Part shown: positions 34,040 to 41,417 of the stretch, in pieces
Layout: each line of letters begins with the position of its first letter
How positions within the stretch are numbered: the first letter of the stretch is position 1
Assembly: GCA_900088475.1 (NCBI GenBank)
Contig: FLMG01001680.1
Coordinates: forward strand, 1 to 41,417
Direction of reading: 5' to 3'
DNA: 41,417 bases
From: Hyphochytrium catenoides
Lineage: Eukaryota > Protista > Hyphochytriomycota
Program-made: the position numbers and the translations under genes
Notes under the pieces: generated by a model
The model's database searches: none
Seen by the model: only the letters and a program-made list of their open reading frames with translations
Told to the model about the DNA's origin: nothing

Positions 34040-37000
34040 ATGGTAGTCTTCAAGTCCTTCCTAGCCACCATTTCTCTGGCAGCTCTTGGGGCTTCCTGGG
34101 CTCTGGGTACGTGCTCTCTTCTGCACTCTGGGATCACAGGCTTACCTAGGCTCTCCCAACTAATACGTCTCTTTCAACCAGACAATGGCATGTACTTGAC
34201 TCCCCCTATGGGATGGCTCGCTTGGTAAGAGATCCATCAAACCTCTTTCTCCATTGCTCTCTCCTTCTCCTTTCGAAAAGCCAATGAACGCTGTCTGCTT
34301 CATCCGTATCCCTCTCCAAAGATAGGTACTACCTCTACCTTGTTCCGATGCGTCCTGCGCCTACATACGAGGGCTATCGCCGCTATCCCAGGCTCCATGA
34401 AGCTCAGTCATTTGAAAGCCATAATCTCACTGTCCTCCTTGCCTCTTCACTTCCCTGCTGCGAACACCTGCTTTGTGGTTAAAGGGAACGTTTCCGATGC
34501 AATACTGATTGCGACAACTACCCTAAGGAATGCATCAGTGAGCTCCTCTTCCAGGAGATGGCGGAAGTAATGGTTAAGGACGGCTGGATTGACGCTGGAT
34601 ACAACTGGGTGAGACGACGAGCATGGCAGTTCTCCCAGCCTTTGGCTGCCAGTGCTTGCCTCCATCACTCTATGGCTTTCCTTGGCTCCTACCTGCAATT
34701 CCGCTAGCATGACATCGGCTGTTGCTCCTCACTTGCTCTGTCGTTCTCTAATTTGTATGCTACTAGGAGCAACTGCTAACTGCGACACTGTCACCTGCTG
34801 ACCTCAAACACTCTCACCTCCCTAGGTTAGCGTGGATGACTGCTGGGCGGAGAAGGTACATATAATCTCATATAGTACGGACTCTGTGCATAGCTTCCGT
34901 GCCATATTGCTGCTCCCGGCTGTACATGTGAGGAGGTCTGATTACGTGCCTTGGTTTACCTTATGCAGACGAGAGATCCCAAGACCAAGCAACTGGTGGC
35001 GGACCGTCAGAGATTCCCAAGTAAGCTTGATATGATATCCAGAGCTGGTAGATCACCGCTTAGGAGATGCTTTGCATCACGCTTCTCTGTTCTGCTAGGC
35101 GGCATGAAAGCTCTTGGAGACTTCCTTCACAAGCGAAATATTAACTTTGGGATATACGGAGACATTGGGACGGCGACCTGTGCAGGTGAGGTGTCCAAAG
35201 TCTGGCTTACATCTCTGGGTCTTTCTGCTATTATTTTGCCTCCCAACCGTAGTCGCCTTTTAGCATGGTCCCTTGTTGCTCCGCACGCCCGTTATCACTT
35301 ACCGAGTACGGTGGTCCCCCGCCCTTTCTCTAGGATACCCGGGAGCGCTAGGTTACTTTGATATCGATGCCAAGACCTATGCGGATTGGGGAGTGGACTC
35401 CTTGAAGGTGGATGGTATGGGCTTCCTCTCTCCATAATTACTTGCGGTCTAGCTTGATAATGCTCATTGGCGTCATGGTCTTGAATTGGCGTTCATCTAA
35501 TGCATATCACCGGGCTACCCTGGATAACTCTATAGGCTGCTACATGGACACAAGTCGATATGCAGATCTTTATCCCAGGATGGGACAGGCTTTGAACGCT
35601 TCTGGGCGTCACATTGCCTACATCTGTTCCTGGCCGGCTTATATTATAGGTAAATGGCGCAAAAAGAACTCCGGCTTGAGAATAAAGTGGAAAGTTATTG
35701 ATAGACATAACGGATAAAGTAAGGGGAACAGAAAGCGAGGGAGAAGGCAATCGTCGTGTCAGTCACTCTTCAGTCAGCTTGTGGAGACCAGTTTTTTCTA
35801 TCTGCTGTTTTCTCGTTGTAAGGGCTCCTGTCATATTCTTCCGTCTTCTTACGTTCCTGTCACGTCAAAAGGCAGCGATCTCTTTACAATTACTCCGTGC
35901 TTGTCTTTCAGCTGGTAGCTTGTCCTCGGGCTCATCTTAGGTCAAGAACTAACAACTAGGTCACTTTAGGGTCCGCGAACTTCTCTCTTATCGCCGAACA
36001 CTGCAATTCCTGGCGCAACTATAACGACATACAGGACACTTGGGACTCAGTCAGCGACATTATCAATTGGTGGGCCAAGAACCAGGATTCTCTTGTCGAA
36101 GCTGCCCATCCTGGAGCATGGAATGACCCAGACATGCTTGTCATTGGAAATTATGGTCTTAGCGAGAGCCAGAGTAGGGTGCAGATGGCAATCTGGAGCA
36201 TCGTGGCAGCTCCTCTGATGCTATCTCACGACTTGCGCCAGACTCCTGCTTGGGCCAAAGATATTTTGCAGAACAAGGAGGTAATCGCTGTGAACCAGGA
36301 CCCGCTAGGGATCCAAGGGAAGAAGATCGCAGTTCTGGACTATAACACTCAGGTGACCTGCTCTCGACTGCTTCGGTAGTGAAGAGATTGGCACTGCACT
36401 GCCATACTAGTTCATGCTCCTTCTCTGTTGGTGCTTCTAAACTTAGTCATCTCGGGATCTGAGTGAATGCGCTTTCTCTCCTTTTCTGCCGGCCGTCTCT
36501 CCGTCCGCTCTGTTTCGTCATCTCACTCTAAATCTTTTCATCTCTTTCTGGGCTTAGTCTTTTGCATTACCCTTAATGTCCAGTTCCTATGCGTCTGACT
36601 CTACACGTTTAGCTCTGGGTCAGAAAGCTGAAAGATAACAGGGTAGCGGTGGTGCTGACCAGGTTCGATAACTTCCCAGGTGCGATTCGTGTCGACTACC
36701 GCGTTTGGCTCAATGCCTTTGGTGATGCGTCAAATGACAAAGCATTTCTTCTTATCCTCTTCTTTTGACCTCATCTGACTCTCCGTTTGCCGCCTTCCAT
36801 GATCTATCGGGGTCTTAGTGTCTCTGCTTGTCGGCTCACCCGTATTCTTACACTTCGTAGACGACATTCCACTACTAGTGACATTCACCCTGCACCAAGT
36901 GGGATGGACTATGGATAAAGCCAAAGGTTAGCCTTCAGATTCTTGCTGCCAAGCACGAGCTAAGTCGCTTCCTTGCTCGATCTCTCTTTCGCCATGCAGT

Positions 37001-37196
37001 ACGAGATCTCTTCGCGAAGAAGGACATCCAGACAGCTGTCAACAAGGTGACGGTCAGAGTGGCACCTTTCGATGCCGTTTTCCTGCTTCTCTCCCCCGTT
37101 ACGCAGGAGTCTCCTGTTCCATCCATGACACCTTTGAATTGGGTCTATTCTCCGCTCCAGGAGCTGGAAGACGCACGATCTCAGGCAGTAGTGTAG
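34040..37196 (+). CDS. NAGA: Secreted/lysosomal GH27 alpha-N-acetylgalactosaminidase / alpha-galactosidase, >10 exons
   Basis: Signal peptide, then [48 protein letters not shown] (nucleophile), [16 protein letters not shown] (acid/base), [24 protein letters not shown], and a C-terminal VRDLF beta-domain. TAG at 37194-37196. Confidence 0.93.
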
Positions 37197-37960
37197 TTGA
37201 TAGCACCATGTTAGTGAAGAGGAGACTATTGGTTAAAGTGCCCTCAGATTGAGCATCAAGTTCATGAAAAGCATCCCTTGAGCTTACGGACCGAGGTCTA
37301 TCGCCGGCCTCCATCCTCCTGCTCATAATTTCTTGCCGATCTTTCTGCTTTCGCCTGTATTGTCTCTCGATAAGATCTGCCGCCATTTGCCTTAGAGTAT
37401 GTTTATCCAACTTCGCTAGCCCCGACTCCAACTTACAAGGGTTGAGGAGGTCGCAGCACGGAAGCTTCCGCGTGGCTTACCTCTCACGTCAGGTTCCCGG
37501 ACCTTGCGGCGCCTTGGCCTCTGTGCAGAGCTAGCTGCTCCCAAGCAGCTCAAAGCAACCAGGTTATCGTTCTATTGATCTGACAGTGGAGGCGCGGCCA
37601 TGACCTGCCGTCGCAGTTCTCTCTGCTCCTTGCGTTTGTCGGCAGGTTGTCGGTTCCACTTCTGCCTTCGAAAGCCTCTGCTTTTCCCCTTTTTGTACAG
37701 TACCAACGAAACTATTCGAAATCTCGAGAATTGCACATGGGGTTCACTAAAAACGTATTCGATTCTCTAGCTCTAAAGCTGTGAAGAATCACCAGCACAA
37801 ATATACACAATTGTATTACGAGATTAACTGGGATAGAGACCAAATTTTGGAAAGGGAAGTACGCTTTATTGAGTCATCTTCATTCCGCCAAGCGGCAGAG
37901 CCAAGATTTCCTCAGCACACAAGGACGAGCCGAGCCGAGCCCTAGCGCTGACAAAGCTGA

Positions 37961-38091
37961 AGAGCTTGAAGAATCGATAATGACGAGAGAGTGATACTCT
38001 TCAAGAGGTACGGAGCTGCCCAAGAAGGAAAGAGCTTGAAGAGTCGATAATGACGAGAAAGTGATACTCTTCAGGAGGTACGGAGCTGCCC
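37961..38091. repeat. Imperfect ~70-bp tandem duplication upstream of the DHHC gene
   Basis: agagcttgaaga(a/g)tcgataatgacgaga(g/a)agtgatactcttca(a/g)gaggtacggagctgccc at 37961 and 38031, with 3 substitutions. Confidence 0.92.
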
Positions 38092-38121
38092 GCTGGGGCG
38101 TCCTAGTGTCCCAGCCACATC

Positions 38122-39930
38122 ATGACTTTAGCAGCAGATGTGCGTTCTGCGAATGGACTTCTGAAGTCTAATCGGACTGCTCAGCGGATGGCAGCAACAG
38201 TGTGGCTGGTTCTTCATCTCGGCGTACTGGGGGTTATTCTGGCGGTCGATGAAGAAACCCAGGCTTATCTCGGGTCGCTCTCTGATTTCTCAAAGGCGCT
38301 CTGGTGGCTAGTTATCGGCCTCAACCTTTTTGCCTATATTGCCATACAGCTTACGGATCCTGGATTCGTTAAGCCACCGCCTCCTGGTATATGTTATGTT
38401 AAGGCAACATGCGGTGTGCACAGTCAGGAATACGCTCATTTGCGCACAGAGGAAGATGGCAGAGACGCAGAGGATAAACCTGATCTTGAGCATGATCTCC
38501 CAGTTGAAGTTAAGCCACAGTCAATTGGCGAGAGCGAGGAAGGTGCACACGAGGCTAAAGACGCTGGTGGTGATACGTTACAGGATGCCAGGATGGAGCC
38601 CAGATTCTGTGAGACCTGCCATGTGTACCAACCGATAAGGGCAAAACACTGGTAAGAGACTGCTTTTCTCACAGATGTTGACCGAGGAAGCTCATCCGGC
38701 GACATCCGTGATATGGCGCTGATCCAGTGACTTTCCCTTTGCACCCTAAACCCAACACCTTCCGCCCCCGCAACGACTACTTCTAACAGCAGACACTGTG
38801 GGACCTGTGTGCTTCGGCATGACCATCATGTGAGGCCTCCCTAAAGCGTTTGTCATGCTTAATGTTCCTCTACTTTGGCTAACCTCAGTCCTCTTCGCGA
38901 TGATGTATGCTGTGCGCTCAACCGTACTGTCAACTGGTCCGCCTGATTTTGACTGACTATCGGTCCAACTCCTAGTGCCAACTAGTCGGAAACTGTATAG
39001 GACAAGAGAACCACCGCATCTTTCTGCTCTACCTCCTTACTCAAACAGGTTAGACAAGGACACGATCGCTTCTGAAAGCCTGCTTTTTCCCTGACCTCGT
39101 TGGTTGTGCTTTTACTTCGCTCTTTTGCTCTCTTGGCTCAATTACGTCCCTTTTCCCTGGTGTGCAGAGTGTCCATAAGGTAGCTCTCTATCCTTCTCGC
39201 AACATCTCCCATACATTGAGCACAACTAGCTGTCGCTCAAAGCGGTTTCTCACCTCTAGCAGCTACGATGTCTACCTGTATGATCAGCGGAAAAACTGAC
39301 ACCTTTGTCTGTTGCAGTTGAAGGTCTCTGCTTAAGCTGGGTCTCGTTCCAGGGACTGAAACCCCTTAGGCGTCTGGAGCTCAGCCACTGGATATCTGAC
39401 AATTTCCTTCTTTTCGCTTGTCTATATCTGACCGGTTTTGCTATTGCATTCGCGGCATCCATGCTACTATATCAGAGCTACCTGGTATTGACCAACCAGG
39501 TAAACAGAAGGGAGGGTTCAAAGATTACTAGCTTAGGGCCGCGGAGGATGTTTCCTGATCCCGTGGCAGTGCAAGGCGTCCTGTGCGTGGAAGAATAAGG
39601 GTCATAATCTTACGCCCACTGCACCTGCTCTACTTGTTCTTATCTCTCCAGACGACATGGGAGAAGCTCTCAGCGCACAGCATCACCTATCTTAAGGACT
39701 TGCCAAGAGGGGCCAGGCCTTTCAGCGCAGGAGCCAGGCGCAACTGCACGGCCTTCTGGCTGCACAGAACCAAGGCTTTGAACCATTGGTCCTGGACACG
39801 CCCCTTGGGCAATCAGGCAAAAGAAGATGTTAGGTTATTTAATGGCACACCTGAGGTCATCAGGAGGAGAAAAGAGAGCCACTCGATAGACAAAGGTAGT
39901 GGACAGCTACTTTCACTAAATGATGTATAG
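38122..39930 (+). CDS. DHHC protein S-acyltransferase (palmitoyltransferase)
   Basis: Two TM helices and TDPG, then FCETCHVYQPIRAKHC|RHCGTCVLRHDHH|CPLVGNCIGQENHR across introns. Further TMs, TNQ|TTWE and PFSAGARRN follow. Confidence 0.92.
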
Positions 39931-40558
39931 GCGTGAAGACACAATTTGCTCTTGCTCCCATGGCCATACTACTGTCTTGAGTTTAGAGACACTATCAACC
40001 CTTGGACTAGTGGAATAGTACCGGAAAGCCATTCACGTACGGGGCTGTCTTGTCATCCTTTTCCTTATCCACCCGAGTTACTACTGCCCTTGCGAGAGAC
40101 GATCGCTCCTTGTAGTCAGCGCGGTTGAGCATTATGGGGAGAGACTTCAGAGATGTGCCATCGCCTTTTCAATCAATCTTCATGGACTCTTGAAGTCGTA
40201 CAGAGTAGTGCTAAGCGGTCTCCGACAGGGCAGAAGATCAGAGGATGGCGTGCTGCCATAGATCCGAACTGTCGGCCTGTGATCCCTCATCCGCCCAGAC
40301 AAAGACAGAAGAAAGAACCACCAAGAAACTCACGAAAACGACGAGGCTGATGACCAGAGTAAGCCTCACTAACAGTTGCTCTAATCTCGGAAAGTTCATT
40401 CGGTGCACGTATTTTAGGCTGCGTAATCATCTGATTCTCCTGAGCGGTATATTATCGAGTTGATAGGATATAACATCGTGCCTAAAATTAACAATGGCGG
40501 TGCAATATCGGGATATCGGTTAGCGGTTAGTAGGACCGTTACTTCAGCCCGAAAGGTT

Positions 40559-41103
40559 ATGTTGCCTGAGAATCGCTTGGGCGGTGGCGAGCGCCGGGTG
40601 CCTGTCACTTCCTCTGGCCCAGAAGTCATCCATCGTCCTGCTCATACCTCGGATGTCTCACCGCCTCCTGTTCCCCTATCTTTCCTGCCTCCTTTCGTCG
40701 TCTCTACGCATTATCGTCCTCTGCTCGCTCCATTCTAAGCGACTGGGCAGCACAGCGCCAATCTTGATCGCCACTCACCTCAATGTGTTACGAGTGTCAC
40801 CCGCCAATCCAGACTGGTTGTTGCTACATATTATCCTCTACCCCCTTCCCACTGTCTCTCTAGCTACACGGCATAGAAAGGGCCGCTGCCATGCCCAACA
40901 GAGAAGGAAGCGTTTGCCAAGGTGTCGCAACGTACCGGCCTTCAGCCACCTTGTGGACGGCGCATGAGCTAGAGACGCTTAAGCAGGGCATTGTCCGCTA
41001 CCCTGCAGAGTCACACCGGAGTGTAGACAGATATATTAAGATAGCCGCGGAACTAGAGCACAAATCTGTCAGAGATGTAGCGTACAAGGTGCACGAACTG
41101 ATG
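40559..41103 (+). CDS. Myb/SANT-domain protein (plant DUF3755-associated type), partial; probably continues beyond the window
   Basis: Exon 40864-41103 encodes WTAHELETLKQGIVRYP...RYIKIAAELEHKSVRDVA and ends at a GT donor. The upstream exon from ATG 40559 is tentative. Confidence 0.7.
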
Positions 41104-41417
41104 GTAGGACACCTTCACGTGGTCTCTCTAGGTCTCTTTCTTCCCTCCTCTGGTCTCTGATGCTGCTTTCCCTCTCTTCGTCTCGGACCCCTTTCCTGGT
41201 CTCTCTCTCTCTCTGTTCCTTTTTTCATTTTTTGACCATTATTCTTCTAAACAAGTCCTCTTCCTAGCTCACTGGCTCACTGGCTCTGTTGACAACAGCG
41301 ATTCTGTTTTGCATCAGCTGTTGCCACTCGCTCTCACTCCCCTTTCTCTGCTTGCCTTCTCACTCTATCTTCAAGTCCACGGCGACGCCTCTTGGTGGGG
41401 ACTTGAACACCACCGTA

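Noticed and set aside
1-41417. tRNA, rRNA, TPP riboswitch or SECIS
   Set aside because: No convincing consensus seen by eye. An Infernal/tRNAscan run would be needed to exclude them.

Overview
Eukaryotic, intron-rich (GT-AG), gene-dense genomic DNA with CT/AG microsatellites and one 59-N assembly gap. It is most likely a stramenopile or another protist/alga; this is an inference from the aureochrome-type bZIP basic region and the gene content. Most real genes are split, so the ORF track fragments them, and I spliced them by eye. Genes in order: PuuE-type allantoinase (runs off the left edge), SIN1/Avo1 TORC2 subunit, DTW-domain tRNA aminocarboxypropyltransferase, an intronless bZIP + SnoaL/NTF2-like protein, a ~5 kb gene-poor zone with decayed ORFs and a ~300-bp inverted duplication, URC1/Urg1-type GTP cyclohydrolase II-like protein, a hypothetical membrane protein, EF-1 beta, an intronless MIF4G-like protein, a GNAT + His-rich + carnosine N-methyltransferase (N2227) fusion, an F-box/Kelch protein, a GH27 alpha-N-acetylgalactosaminidase, a DHHC palmitoyltransferase, and the start of a Myb/SANT protein. 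The most interesting observations are the two domain fusions (bZIP-SnoaL and GNAT-His-CARNMT1) and the long inverted repeat. Exon boundaries are manual and approximate, and no database search was run.
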